DNA from: Verrucomicrobiota bacterium
GTDB lineage: Bacteria; Verrucomicrobiota; Verrucomicrobiia; Limisphaerales; JADLHS01
NCBI GenBank assembly: GCA_037044975.1
Contig: JBAOIL010000025.1
Location: forward strand, 502 to 64,501
Reading direction: 5' to 3'
DNA: 64,000 nt
Part shown: positions 19,410 through 29,867 of the stretch, one piece after another
How the letters are laid out: every line of letters begins with the position of its first letter
How positions within the stretch are numbered: the stretch's first letter is position 1
Made by a program: the position numbers and the translations under genes
Notes under the pieces: generated by a model
Databases searched by the model: none
Seen by the model: the letters and a program-made list of their open reading frames with translations, nothing else
Told to the model about the DNA's origin: nothing

Positions 19410-19561
19410 CATGCCGCGAACCGGCGCGCGGTCGGCAACTGGCCACCGTTGTGCCGACCGCATAATGTCCAAAACAGGTTGCGGTGCCTTGCTGTGCCAA
19501 ATTACTTTTTGCATTTCTGCTCTACTCACAGGCGCATTCCGCCCAAGCGGGCTGGCGCAAC

Positions 19562-20488
19562 TCATCGAGCATCGGGAAAGTCCTGGTGCCAGTGCTCGAC
19601 CACGGTTTTGCCAGGTCCGGCCAGCCAGTAGATCTTCCCGCGTAAGCTGCGCTGCTCGTTTGGCGCAACGCCGCCAAGGTTGACGATGGCGTGCAGGCAA
19701 TCCGCCGGATGATGGTCGGAAAGATGGGTGGTCCGCTCCCAGTAGAGGCCCGTGGACCATTTACCGTCCGCGCTCGTGCGGAGGAAAAGTCCGCTGTCGC
19801 CGGTCCAGAGCATGCGCGCGTGGTAAGGGCCAATGGGTTCAAGGAGGTCGAGCCGCCCGCCGTTTCGCCGGATGTCCAGCGCTTCGCCGTAGCGAGTCCG
19901 GCACCCGATCGTATCTTTGCCGGCGGGAAGCGGCTGCAATGCCCCGTCCCGCAAGACCCATGTGAGACTGGTCTGCGCCGCGGCTGGGGGCGCATTCTGC
20001 CACAAGTCATATTCGCTGAACGCGGCGGTTCGCGCGTATCTCTGCCGCCACGCCGATTTGGCCAGGCAACCGGTCAGACGAAAGCACTGTTGGACCCCAT
20101 AGAATTCCGGCAGGCCAACGGCCTCGGCCTTCACGACCCACAACAAATCAATGCCGTCCTCGACGGGCGCCAGATAGAAAGTCCAGTCCTGCGGAACCCA
20201 GCCGGCATCGGTCACACGCTGGTGGAAGGCCATCGTGCCGGGACGCGCCTTGAACCGTTCCTCCGCTGGCGTCAGTTCCGGCTGCTTTGTGTCGGAGTTT
20301 TTGGCTGGCACGCTGCCGTAGCTCAGCGGCGTGTGCTCGTGGAATCGGTAACCGATGCGGTTGTCGGGATGACTGCGGTTGGTAAAGGAGGCGAACCCGT
20401 CCATCAGCTCGATCCGGATATCCCCCAGTTCCTCGGCCGCCGCGAACGCGCACGACGAGAGGATCAACCCTAAGCAGAGGCTTTTCAT
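19562..20488 (-). CDS. hypothetical secreted protein (orphan)
   Basis: 308 aa from ATG 20488, signal peptide MKSLCLGLILSSCAFAAA; no motif recognised. Confidence 0.65.
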   Translation of the reverse strand: MKSLCLGLILSSCAFAAAEELGDIRIELMDGFASFTNRSHPDNRIGYRFHEHTPLSYGSVPAKNSDTKQPELTPAEERFKARPGTMAFHQRVTDAGWVPQDWTFYLAPVEDGIDLLWVVKAEAVGLPEFYGVQQCFRLTGCLAKSAWRQRYARTAAFSEYDLWQNAPPAAAQTSLTWVLRDGALQPLPAGKDTIGCRTRYGEALDIRRNGGRLDLLEPIGPYHARMLWTGDSGLFLRTSADGKWSTGLYWERTTHLSDHHPADCLHAIVNLGGVAPNEQRSLRGKIYWLAGPGKTVVEHWHQDFPDAR

Positions 20489-20516
20489 TCTTGGATGCGC
20501 CCTCACGGCACAAATC

Positions 20517-21719
20517 CTACAATTTCACCTTCGCCGCCACCTGCGCCACGTCTTTATCGCCGCGGCCGGAGAGGTTCACGATGATCAGCGCGTCCTTGCT
20601 CATCTTCGGTGCGCGGACGATGCATTCGGCCACGGCGTGCGCGCTTTCGAGGGCGGGGATGATGCCTTCCAGCCGCGCGAGTTTCATGAAGGCTTCGAGC
20701 GCTTTGTCATCGGTGGCGTAAGTGTAGTCCACGCGGGTGGCATCACGCAGAAAGGCGTGTTCCGGCCCAACGGCGGCGTAATCCAGCCCGGCGCTGACGC
20801 TGTGGGTGGATTGAATCTGGCCGAATTCATCCTGCAAAATGTAACTGCGGGTGCCTTGCAACACCCCGAGCGAGCCGCCTTGAAACCGCGCGGCATGCTG
20901 CTCGGGCCGGATGCCGAGTCCGCCCGCTTCCACCCCGACCATCTTCACGCTCGCATCGTCGAGGAACGGATAAAACAGCCCGATGGCATTCGAGCCGCCA
21001 CCGACACAGGCGAGGAGCAGGTCGGGCAAGCGTTCTTCCATTTCCAAAATCTGCCGCCGCGCTTCGTCGCCGATGATGCGCTGGAAATTCCGCACCATCA
21101 CCGGATACGGATGCGCGCCGTACGCCGTGCCGAGAATGTAGTGTGTGTCCCGAATGTTCGTGACCCAGTCGCGCATCGCTTCGTTGACGGCTTCCTTCAA
21201 GGTCTTTTGCCCCGCATGCACCGAAACGACTTCCGCGCCGAGCATCTTCATGCGATAGACGTTGAGCATCTGGCGCTCGCAATCCACGGCGCCCATGTAG
21301 ATGACGCATTTCATGCCGAACATCGCACTCACCGTGGCCGTGGCGACGCCATGCTGACCGGCGCCGGTTTCGGCAATGATGCGCGTCTTGCCCATGCGTT
21401 TGGCGAGCAGGATCTGGCCGATGGCGTTGTTGATCTTGTGCGCGCCGGTATGGAGCAAATCCTCGCGCTTGAGATAGATCTTTGCGCCGCCCAGGTCCCG
21501 GGTGAGTCGTTCGGCAAAGTAAAGCGGTGTGGGGCGGCCGACGAATTCGCGGAGATAGTATTGCAGCTCGTGCTGGAACTCCGGATCCTTCTGCGCCCGG
21601 AAGTATTCGGCCTCGAGTTCCTGCAACGGGTGCATCAACGTCTCGGGCACGTAACGTCCACCGTACTGGCCGAAATGGCCATGGGCGTCGGGCAGATTCT
21701 CAGCAGCAACATCGCTCAT
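20517..21719 (-). CDS. trpB: tryptophan synthase beta chain
   Basis: 400 aa with the PLP-lysine motif [11 protein letters not shown], then GAGQHG and GGGSNAIG. Confidence 0.95.
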   Translation of the reverse strand: MSDVAAENLPDAHGHFGQYGGRYVPETLMHPLQELEAEYFRAQKDPEFQHELQYYLREFVGRPTPLYFAERLTRDLGGAKIYLKREDLLHTGAHKINNAIGQILLAKRMGKTRIIAETGAGQHGVATATVSAMFGMKCVIYMGAVDCERQMLNVYRMKMLGAEVVSVHAGQKTLKEAVNEAMRDWVTNIRDTHYILGTAYGAHPYPVMVRNFQRIIGDEARRQILEMEERLPDLLLACVGGGSNAIGLFYPFLDDASVKMVGVEAGGLGIRPEQHAARFQGGSLGVLQGTRSYILQDEFGQIQSTHSVSAGLDYAAVGPEHAFLRDATRVDYTYATDDKALEAFMKLARLEGIIPALESAHAVAECIVRAPKMSKDALIIVNLSGRGDKDVAQVAAKVKL

Positions 21720-21905
21720 GCTGCGAAGTTAGTCGAAGAACCGGAATGGAGAAAGTGGGAAAGTATGGAGTTGGTGGTCCGGCAATGGATTTGAGAGGAT
21801 AACCAACAAAACAGACCAATCCCCCCAGGTCCGCCGCCGGATCGTCGGAAGGTTTGTGTAACATTTGGGCCGTTTCGCTGTCGTAGTAATGAGAAATCTA
21901 AATAT

Positions 21906-22919
21906 ATGAAGAATGCCATAATCGGAATCCTGGTGATTGTTGCAGTCGCGCTGGGTGGATTGTTGGTCCAGAAGAACCGGCGCGCCACCCAGGCTGAGGC
22001 CCGGCTTGCCGAGTTGAGCAAGGCGGTGGTTGACCTGCAGGCGGCCAACACCGAACGGGAGGAACGCGCCGCCAGCCTGCGCGAGAAGCTGGAGAAATCG
22101 GTGGCCGAATCCGCCGTCAACGCCGGGCAGGCCGCGCAGCTTTCCCAAGCCTTGACCAATCGCCTTCAAGCCGCGGCCGTAGCGGATACCAACGCGAAGC
22201 CCGCCAACCCGTTCGCTGAGATGTTCAAGAATCCCGAGATGCGCGAGATGATCAAGCAGCAGCAGCAGACGGCCCTAGCCGGCATCATCGACAAGAACTA
22301 CACGGACTTCCTCAAGACCCAACCACTTTCCCCGGAGCAAGCCAGCGCCTTGAAAGAATTGATCACCCGGAAAATGGCCGTGGGCGCCGATCTCGGGATG
22401 GAGCTGATGAGCGGCGAATTGACCGCCGAGCAGCGCTCCGAATTGACAAAGCGCATCAAGACGGACACCGACGCCATCACCGCCGAGATCAAAGCCTTTT
22501 TAGGCGCGGACAATTTCAGCGCATTCGAGACCTACGAGAAGTCATTGCCAGATCGGATGGCCGTGTCCGGTTTCAAAGACCAGTTGGCCGGTGGCGAAAT
22601 GGCATTGAAAAGTGACCAGGAACAGCAGTTGATCCAGGCGCTGACGCAGGAGCGAGGAAACTTCAAGTTCACCACGGACTACAGCCGTCAATCCAATCCA
22701 ACGGAGGATGTGTTCGGCCAGTTCACGGAAGAAAAGCTGAACGTCTATTTTCAAGAGCAGGAGCAATTGAATCAGCGCTATCTCGCCCGCGCCCAAACCA
22801 TCCTGTCGCCCGAGCAGTACGCCGCGTATCAAAAATCCCTCGCCGCCCAGCAAGCGATGGCCCAGATGGGAATGAAGATGGCCGCGCAAATGTTCAACGC
22901 TAAAAAGGGAACGCCGTAA
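21906..22919 (+). CDS. hypothetical membrane-anchored coiled-coil protein
   Basis: N-terminal TM helix IIGILVIVAVALGGLLV followed by Ala/Gln/Glu-rich helical sequence. Confidence 0.65.
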   Translation: MKNAIIGILVIVAVALGGLLVQKNRRATQAEARLAELSKAVVDLQAANTEREERAASLREKLEKSVAESAVNAGQAAQLSQALTNRLQAAAVADTNAKPANPFAEMFKNPEMREMIKQQQQTALAGIIDKNYTDFLKTQPLSPEQASALKELITRKMAVGADLGMELMSGELTAEQRSELTKRIKTDTDAITAEIKAFLGADNFSAFETYEKSLPDRMAVSGFKDQLAGGEMALKSDQEQQLIQALTQERGNFKFTTDYSRQSNPTEDVFGQFTEEKLNVYFQEQEQLNQRYLARAQTILSPEQYAAYQKSLAAQQAMAQMGMKMAAQMFNAKKGTP

Positions 22920-22926
22920 GGCCTGG

Positions 22927-24582
22927 TTAAGGCTCGACGGCTGCCACTGATCGCGCCGTCAGAAACGCCTTCAATTCCGCCGCCGCCTTGCCGCCGAAGC
23001 CGGTCACTTCCGCGATTTGTTCCATCGTCGCCGTGCGCAACCGTTGGACCGAGCCAAATTTCTTCAGCAACGCGGCCTTGCGTTGCTGGCCGATACCAGG
23101 GAAGTCGTCGAGAATGCTCTCGGAGATTTTCTTGATGCGCAGTTGGGCGTTGAAGGAGTTCGCGACGCGATGCGATTCGTCGCGTACGCGCTGGAGCAGC
23201 TTCACGGCGGGGTGGTTCAGGCCCAGCCGTAGCGGCTCCGGTTCGCCGGGCCGGTAGATTTCCTCGAACTCCTTCGCCAGCCCGATCACCGCGAGGTGAC
23301 TCAAACCCAGCTTCGCCAGCTCTGCGCACGCAGCGTTAAGCTGGCCTTTGCCACCGTCGATGAGGATCAGATCGGGGAGGTTGGCGGTTGGGAGTTCCGG
23401 CTTTAGCCGATCCGGGGCCGCCTGAAGGCGGGACTCCGAACGCATGCGCCCGCGCCGGACTTTTGCGCCGACTTCATCCACCAACTTTTGCAACTCCGGC
23501 GGGATCGCCTCGCCGCCTTCAGCGCGCGCCTCCCGGCTCTCGTCCTTTGACTCATTCAGCAGCCGCGTGTAACGTCGCCGCACCACTTCCGCCATGCTCG
23601 CAAAGTCATCCTGACCGGTGACGGATTTGATTTTGAACCGGCGATAATTCGCGCGGTCCGGCCGGCCCTGTTTGAAACTCACGAGCGACGCGACGGCAAA
23701 CGTGCCGCTGATGTTCGAGATGTCAAATCCCTCGATGCGCTGCGGGGTTGCGGGCAGTTTCAGGACTTTGGCCAGCTCAACCAAATCGAGCGCCGGGTCC
23801 CGCGACATGGGCAGCGAATACGGCACGCGCTCAAAAGCCTTCTCCTTCCGGGTTGTGCGTTCGAGGTCCTTGATCAGATCGCGCAAGTCCGCGGCTTTTT
23901 CGTAATCCTGGGCGGCGGCGGCTTTGCGCATTTCGACTACGAGCTGGTCTTTCATCTCGCAACATTGGCCGTCGAGAAAACCACACGCCGCCACGACCTG
24001 TTCGAGATATTGTTCGCGCCTCACGTTGCCGATGCACGGCGCGGTGCAGTATTTGAGATGGGCGTAGAGGCAGTGCTTGTAGTCCGCTTCGCCCGGGGTG
24101 AAGACGCGACAGCCGCGCAGGTTGAACTGCCGCCGCACGAGCGCCAGCGTGTTGCGCACCGCGGTGGAATTTACGAACGGCCCGAAGTAACGCGCCCCGT
24201 CGTCCTTCTTGATGCGGGCGAAGGCGAAGTTCGGAATCGGATCGTTCAGATTGATCTTCACCATCAGAAAGCGCTTGTCGTCGCGCAAGCTGATGTTGTA
24301 GCGCGGATGAAATTCCTTGATCAGTTTGCTTTCGAGCAACAACGCCTCCGGTTCGCTGCGCACGGTGTGACAATCAAAATCGTGGATCGCTTCGACCAAG
24401 GCGTTGAACTTCAAATCCCAGCCCCGCCGGCGCGAGGGATGGAAATACTGGCTCACGCGTTTGCGGAGGTCGCGGGCCTTGCCGACGTAGATCACCGTGC
24501 CGAAGCGGTCCTTATGCAGATACACGCCCGGCTTGTGCGGCACCTGGCTGAGCTTCTTGCGGATGTGATCGGAAACCGGCAT
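22927..24582 (-). CDS. uvrC: excinuclease ABC subunit C
   Basis: GIY-YIG module GVYLHKDRFGTVIYVGKARDLRKRVSQYF, a UVR domain, PDLILIDGGKGQL and a C-terminal (HhH)2. Start set at MPVSDHIRKK; the longer ORF runs into the hisD gene. Confidence 0.9.
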   Translation of the reverse strand: MPVSDHIRKKLSQVPHKPGVYLHKDRFGTVIYVGKARDLRKRVSQYFHPSRRRGWDLKFNALVEAIHDFDCHTVRSEPEALLLESKLIKEFHPRYNISLRDDKRFLMVKINLNDPIPNFAFARIKKDDGARYFGPFVNSTAVRNTLALVRRQFNLRGCRVFTPGEADYKHCLYAHLKYCTAPCIGNVRREQYLEQVVAACGFLDGQCCEMKDQLVVEMRKAAAAQDYEKAADLRDLIKDLERTTRKEKAFERVPYSLPMSRDPALDLVELAKVLKLPATPQRIEGFDISNISGTFAVASLVSFKQGRPDRANYRRFKIKSVTGQDDFASMAEVVRRRYTRLLNESKDESREARAEGGEAIPPELQKLVDEVGAKVRRGRMRSESRLQAAPDRLKPELPTANLPDLILIDGGKGQLNAACAELAKLGLSHLAVIGLAKEFEEIYRPGEPEPLRLGLNHPAVKLLQRVRDESHRVANSFNAQLRIKKISESILDDFPGIGQQRKAALLKKFGSVQRLRTATMEQIAEVTGFGGKAAAELKAFLTARSVAAVEP

Positions 24583-24649
24583 CACGGGGAAGTTACAGGC
24601 TGCGGGTGGAAGGTTGCAAGCGGGCTTGGGGTGAAACGCCGCCGCAGTT

Positions 24650-24678
24650 TTGACTTCACCCGCCGATTCCCCTAGCCT
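24650..24678 (+). promoter_or_regulatory. putative sigma70-type promoter of hisD
   Basis: TTGACT - 17 nt - TAGCCT, ending 6 nt before the hisD ATG. Confidence 0.3.
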
Positions 24679-24684
24679 GCGCGC

Positions 24685-25971
24685 ATGAGAGTGATTCGTT
24701 ATACTGACGCGGATTTCAGCCGGAAGCTGGCCGAGGTCACCGCGCCGTCCAGCCTGTTTGACCCCGTCATCGAACAACGCACCCGCACCATTCTGGACGC
24801 CGTCCACGGCCGCGGGGACGAAGCGGTGTTGGAACTGACCGAGCGATTCGACGGGGCAAAACTCAATGCCGATCAGCTCGCTGTCACGCAGGCGGAACTC
24901 ATGGCCGCATCGCTCAAGGCGGACAAATCCTTGCGCGCGGCGGTGGCCGAAGCGGAAGCCAACATCGCGAACTTCGCGAAAAGATCCCGGCGAAAGGATT
25001 GGCAGATGTGCAACTCCCACGGCGCGACCGTGGGGGAGAAGTTTGATCCCTTCCAGCGCGTCGGCATTTACATTCCCGGCGGCACGGCGCCGCTAGTTTC
25101 GACCGCGTTGATGACGATCACCCTGGCGAAAGTCGCGGGCTGCCAAGAAATCGTCGTCTGCACGCCGTGCGGCGCGGATGGTTCGATCAATCCCGCGCTC
25201 CTGTTCGCGGCACGGGCGGCGGGCGCCACGGAGATTTACCGGGTCGGCGGGGCGCAGGCGATTGCCGCGCTGGCGTACGGCACGAAGACAATTCGGCCGG
25301 TGCAAAAAGTTTTTGGTCCGGGCAATGCCTACGTCGTCACGGCCAAGCGGTTGCTGGTCGGTTACGTGGCGATTGATCTGTTACCCGGCCCGAGCGAGGT
25401 GCTGGTGCTGGCCGACGACACAGCCAAGCCGACATTCGCCGCGGCCGACTTGCTGGCCCAGGCCGAACACGGCTCCGGCCACGAGCGCGTCTGGCTCGTA
25501 ACCACGTCGGGGAAAATGCTCAAGGCGGTCGAGCGGGAGATTCGGAAGCAGTTGCCCATGCTGGCGCGACGCGAATTCATTCAGCGTGCGTTGGACAACA
25601 ATAGTTGGCTGATCCAGGTGAAAAACCTCGCCGACGCGGTGGTGCTCGTGAACCGGCTTGCTCCTGAACATTGCGAAGTGATGACGCGCAAAGCGGGCGT
25701 CGTGAGTCGCGGCATCGTGACGGCTGGCGCGATCTTCCTCGGCCCATGGTCACCGACGGTGCTGGGCGATTACGTGGCCGGCCCGAGCCACACGCTCCCG
25801 ACCGGGGGGGCGGGCGCGTCCTTCCCCGGCCTGACAGTGGATCAATTTCAACGCCGCACCAGCGTCGTCGAATACAGCCGGGCTGCGCTCAAGCAGGCCG
25901 GGCCGGCGGTGAGAAAGTTTGCGGAAATGGAAGGTTTGAGCGCGCATGGAAAGAGTGCCGCGCTAAGATAA
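24685..25971 (+). CDS. hisD: histidinol dehydrogenase
   Basis: 428 aa with the conserved stretches IYIPGG, QAEHG and GPSHTLPTGG. Confidence 0.92.
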   Translation: MRVIRYTDADFSRKLAEVTAPSSLFDPVIEQRTRTILDAVHGRGDEAVLELTERFDGAKLNADQLAVTQAELMAASLKADKSLRAAVAEAEANIANFAKRSRRKDWQMCNSHGATVGEKFDPFQRVGIYIPGGTAPLVSTALMTITLAKVAGCQEIVVCTPCGADGSINPALLFAARAAGATEIYRVGGAQAIAALAYGTKTIRPVQKVFGPGNAYVVTAKRLLVGYVAIDLLPGPSEVLVLADDTAKPTFAAADLLAQAEHGSGHERVWLVTTSGKMLKAVEREIRKQLPMLARREFIQRALDNNSWLIQVKNLADAVVLVNRLAPEHCEVMTRKAGVVSRGIVTAGAIFLGPWSPTVLGDYVAGPSHTLPTGGAGASFPGLTVDQFQRRTSVVEYSRAALKQAGPAVRKFAEMEGLSAHGKSAALR

Positions 25972-25991
25972 ACCTTCGACCGCGTCAAACC

Positions 25992-27269
25992 ATGTTCCGC
26001 CTGGCAACTTCGCCCCGAAGCCGACGCGTCAACCGGCGCAATTTCCTGCAGGCGGCTACCGTCGCCGGCTTGGGTTCGATGCTCGGCGGGCCGTTCAAAG
26101 CGCTGGCGGCCGAGACCGGACCCGTCGCTCCGGCGCTGAAACCGACCGGATCGGATGTCGGTTCGCTTTTCCCCTTTATTCAGAGCCAGGCGGTGACCGG
26201 GGAATTCCCGCTGTCGTTTCTCAACCCGCGCTTTCGCTCTTTACGAAGCTGGAAGAAAACCGCGCGCGGCAAGTTGCTCGATTTGCTCCACTATGCCCCG
26301 CCGCCCTGCGACCCCGCCGCCGAAACCGTCGCGCGCGTGGATTGCGGCGATTACGTCCGGGAAGAAGTCCGGTTCAACACCACGCCCGAGGTGCGCGTGC
26401 CCGCGTTCGTGCTCGTGCCGAAGAACGCGCCGAAACACGCGCCGGCCATCGTGGCGTTGCACGACCACGGCGGGTTTTATCTCTGGGGCAAGGAAAAGAT
26501 CGTGGCGCTGCCGGAGGAGAATCCGGCGCTGGCCGATTTCCGCCGACAGTATTACGGCGGACGGAGCATTGCGATCGAACTGGTCCGCCAGGGCTACGTG
26601 GTTGTGGTCATTGACATGTTCTACTGGGGCGAGCGCCGGATGTTGCTCGATAACGACGCGCCAGACTGGCGCGAGCGACCCGCAAGCCTGTCCCGCGAAC
26701 GCATCCAGGCCTTCAACGCCCGCGCGGGCCAGAACGAGCAACTGGTCGGACGGACAATTTACGCCGCAGGTTTCACATGGCTTGGCGTGATCTTCTGGGA
26801 CGATGTACGCACAGTGGATTACCTGCTGACACGCCCGGATGTGGACCCGCGGCGGATCGGTTGTGTGGGCCTTTCGGTGGGCGGACTGCGCTCGTGTCAT
26901 CTGGCGGCGCTGGATGAGCGGATTCGGGCGGCGGTGGTGGTCGGCTGGATGGCGTCGTTCCCGGCGCAACTCAAGCAGCACGTTCGCAACACCATCGGCC
27001 ACACGAAAGTCGTGCCGGGACTCTATCAACACCTCGATTATCCGGACGTCGCATCGCTCGCGATGCCGACGCCGATGCTGGTGATTAACGGCACGCAGGA
27101 TGGTCTGTTCGATCTCGACGGTGTGAAGGCGAGTTTCGCCAAACTAAACGCCTGCTACACCAAGGCCGGCATGGCCGACCATTGCCGCACTCAGTTCTAC
27201 GATACGCCGCACGAGTTCAACGCCGAAATGCAGGCCGAGGCCTGGGCGTGGCTCAAACGCTTTGTCTGA
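25992..27269 (+). CDS. Tat-exported alpha/beta hydrolase (dienelactone hydrolase / acetyl-esterase-like)
   Basis: Twin-arginine signal SRRVNRRNFLQAATVAGLG and nucleophile elbow GLSVGG. Start set at ATG 25992; the upstream part of the ORF overlaps hisD. Confidence 0.7.
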   Translation: MFRLATSPRSRRVNRRNFLQAATVAGLGSMLGGPFKALAAETGPVAPALKPTGSDVGSLFPFIQSQAVTGEFPLSFLNPRFRSLRSWKKTARGKLLDLLHYAPPPCDPAAETVARVDCGDYVREEVRFNTTPEVRVPAFVLVPKNAPKHAPAIVALHDHGGFYLWGKEKIVALPEENPALADFRRQYYGGRSIAIELVRQGYVVVVIDMFYWGERRMLLDNDAPDWRERPASLSRERIQAFNARAGQNEQLVGRTIYAAGFTWLGVIFWDDVRTVDYLLTRPDVDPRRIGCVGLSVGGLRSCHLAALDERIRAAVVVGWMASFPAQLKQHVRNTIGHTKVVPGLYQHLDYPDVASLAMPTPMLVINGTQDGLFDLDGVKASFAKLNACYTKAGMADHCRTQFYDTPHEFNAEMQAEAWAWLKRFV

Positions 27270-27282
27270 TTCAACTCCAAAC

Positions 27283-28663
27283 ATGAAAACTTTGCCCGCA
27301 GCGTTACTCCTTGTTTCCTCATTCCTCGTCCGCGCCGCCGACCCCACCCCGGTCGTCGAAATCGAGGAGGACGTTTACACCTACACCAATGCCAACAACG
27401 GCGCCGGGCCGATGTGGTGCGCGGGTTCCACCTGTCTCGTGCGCTCGGGCGACCACGTATTCGCCAGCGGGCTGGAAACCGTCGCCGATGCCAAGCCGCT
27501 CAACAACTGCCGCTGGACCTTGTTCCACCGCGGCCCCAAAGGCTGGGACATCGTGCGCGTGGACGCAGGCCGCACCCGCGAACCGGCCCCGCTCACCGCG
27601 TTTTACGATGGCCGGATTTTCCTCTCCGCGAATCCGACGCTCGGTTCGGGCCCGCAACCCAACGGCGGCCCGGCGCGACCCGAAGTATTGGAATTCTCGG
27701 CGAAGACTCCGGGCACGCTGCCGGTTTCGCTGAATCCGGTGTGGCAGGGCACGCCCCCGTTCCGCGAGCATTCGTATCGCAGTTTCGCGGCGGACGGTGC
27801 TGCTGGAGAACTCGTGCTGTTTCAGAACATTGACTACACGCACGCTGAGTGGACATTCCGCGATCGCACCGGCAAGTGGAGCGCGCAGGGCAAACTCAAG
27901 TGGCCATGGGGCGCGGAGTATGACAAACCCGAACCCATCCGCGTGTGTTATCCGAATGTGGCGGTGCGCGATCGTGCGGTGCATTTCGTCGGCGTGAGCG
28001 ACGTCATCGAACCCTACGAGACGTGGCGCAAATTCAAGCGCGAGTTGACTGGCCAGCAATGGGACTACGATTTCCGCCGGCTGTTTTACACATGGACGCG
28101 TGACATTACCAAGGAGCCATTTGCGGAGTGGATCGAGATCGCGAGCCGGGACAAGACTTGCGGCTGGGTTTCCCCGGGCGACCTCTGGCTGGCGCCGAAC
28201 GGTGACGTGCATCTGCTCTGGACCGAGCGGGCCCTTGACGAGCGGTTGCGCGCGAAATTCTTCCCCGAGGCGAAACAAAGTCACTCGTTGAACTACGCCG
28301 TTGTCCACGACGGCAAGGTGATTCGCCGCCACACACTTTTGGAATCAACGGAAGACAGACCGGGTGTCACCGGATCGGCGGGCCGGTTTCAAACCACGCC
28401 CGACCACCGGCTATTCGTCGTGTGTTACGCCTCCGGCACCGAGACGGACGGACGCAGTATATCGGAAAATCGCATGCATCGAAATTCTGCCGGACGGCGC
28501 GCCGGGAAAGCCGCTGCGCCTGCTCTTGGCAAAACCCTTTACGAGTTACTTCACGACCACCGTGCGGGGCGGTTCGCCGCCGTCGCAGACGCTGGAAATG
28601 CTCGGATCGCGGGCGGGCAGCGGCAACACGATCAGCTACGCCCGAGTGCGCCTGTTTCCATAG
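27283..28663 (+). pseudogene. hypothetical secreted protein with one frame break near 28470
   Basis: Signal peptide MKTLPAALLLVSSFLVRA. After ...VVCYASGTETDGRSISENR the protein-like text continues in ORF 28364-28663 (CIEILPDGAPGKPLRLLLAKPF...ARVRLFP*). Confidence 0.6.
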
Positions 28664-28735
28664 CGGGTGCCGAGGCGGTCACCTTGGCGGCCCGCTTGGC
28701 CAAATCAAACCGCCGCCGGGCGCCGGCGACACCCG

Positions 28736-29788
28736 TCAGCGGCCAGCCACGGGAATGCGGAACAGCCGGATCTCGTGGGCGCTGTTGGCCTTGGACACTT
28801 CCGCGTAAACCCAAATCTCGCCGTTCACCCAATGCCAGTCGGAGTAGCGGAAAGTGTGGAAACTCCCCGGGGTGGTGCTGAGCGCGAGCGGCGACGCGGG
28901 CGTTAACTCGGTGACGTGGTGCAGGTCAAACGTGAAGCCCAAGCCGATGCCAATGTTGTAAACCGGGTCGAACCATTGCGTGCTGGAGCCTTCGTAAACG
29001 AACAGGTACCCCACGCCCAGCGGCAGCACCGAGGAGGGTCGCACAAAGAAGTTGTGCCAGCCGGTCAGGTCCATCACCGGCGCATTCACGTCGCCCACTG
29101 GCTGCCATTTCTCCCCGTCGTCGCTGATATAATGAAAAATTCGCTCGTTCCGGCGGATGTAGCCGATGACGTAGCAGTGGTATTTGCCCTCGGCCTGGAG
29201 GATCACGGGGTCCTTGTATTCGGTTACGGAAACATCGCGTTCGTAGCGCGGCGCCGGGGCCTGAATCACCGGTCGGGCGGTGGTGGGATCAATTTTTTCG
29301 GGCGAATCGGCGTCGGCGAACTTGATGATCGCCCACGGCCCCTCCCGCCACGGGCCGCAGGCGTAGAGCTTGAATTTCTTGCTCGCCGAATCGAACCGCA
29401 ATGCGGGCCGCTCGAAGCCGGGAATGGGAACGTCCGCGCGCCGGATGCTTTTCACCCGCTCGAAATGAATCCCATCCGTGCTCCGGAGCAGCCGGATCTC
29501 ATAACCGCGCAGGCTGCGGGCAAATTCCGGCGAACGCATCCGGGCCGCCAGCCAGAAAACTCCCTGCGCGTCGCGGGCCACCGATGGCGCGCCCGCCCAG
29601 TACTCGGCTTCGTCCTTGTCCGGCGCGAGCACGACGTCGTACTTTTCAAAATGCCGGGCGGCCGATTGCAACTCGGGGACGATGGCGGGCGCGGGGCCGT
29701 TCCAATTGGTTGGTTGCGCGCTCACGGTGGTCGCAAACAGGAAGGCAAATCCGAACGCGGGCCATTGGAAATTCAGCAGTGAGGACAT
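28736..29788 (-). CDS. hypothetical secreted protein, possibly a beta-propeller glycosidase-like fold
   Basis: 350 aa with a signal peptide. The functional guess rests only on overall sequence character, not on catalytic motifs. Confidence 0.6.
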   Translation of the reverse strand: MSSLLNFQWPAFGFAFLFATTVSAQPTNWNGPAPAIVPELQSAARHFEKYDVVLAPDKDEAEYWAGAPSVARDAQGVFWLAARMRSPEFARSLRGYEIRLLRSTDGIHFERVKSIRRADVPIPGFERPALRFDSASKKFKLYACGPWREGPWAIIKFADADSPEKIDPTTARPVIQAPAPRYERDVSVTEYKDPVILQAEGKYHCYVIGYIRRNERIFHYISDDGEKWQPVGDVNAPVMDLTGWHNFFVRPSSVLPLGVGYLFVYEGSSTQWFDPVYNIGIGLGFTFDLHHVTELTPASPLALSTTPGSFHTFRYSDWHWVNGEIWVYAEVSKANSAHEIRLFRIPVAGR

Positions 29789-29867
29789 AACACGGCCCGA
29801 AGGGTGGCAGCCCGGGGCGTTGACGCAAGTCAGTTTAGCGAAAAGAAATCAGTGGCTTCGACCGCAT

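Noticed and set aside
24583-25020. N-terminal extension of the uvrC ORF (697 aa as listed)
   Set aside because: The extension is antisense to hisD and lacks protein character. The GIY-YIG domain begins right after the internal ATG at 24582.
25671-25991. Upstream part of ORF 25671-27269, and similarly 13901-14038 and 16441-16584
   Set aside because: These stretches overlap the preceding genes (hisD, cytochrome c, NDH-2) in other frames. Internal ATGs followed by signal peptides or typical N-termini give better starts.
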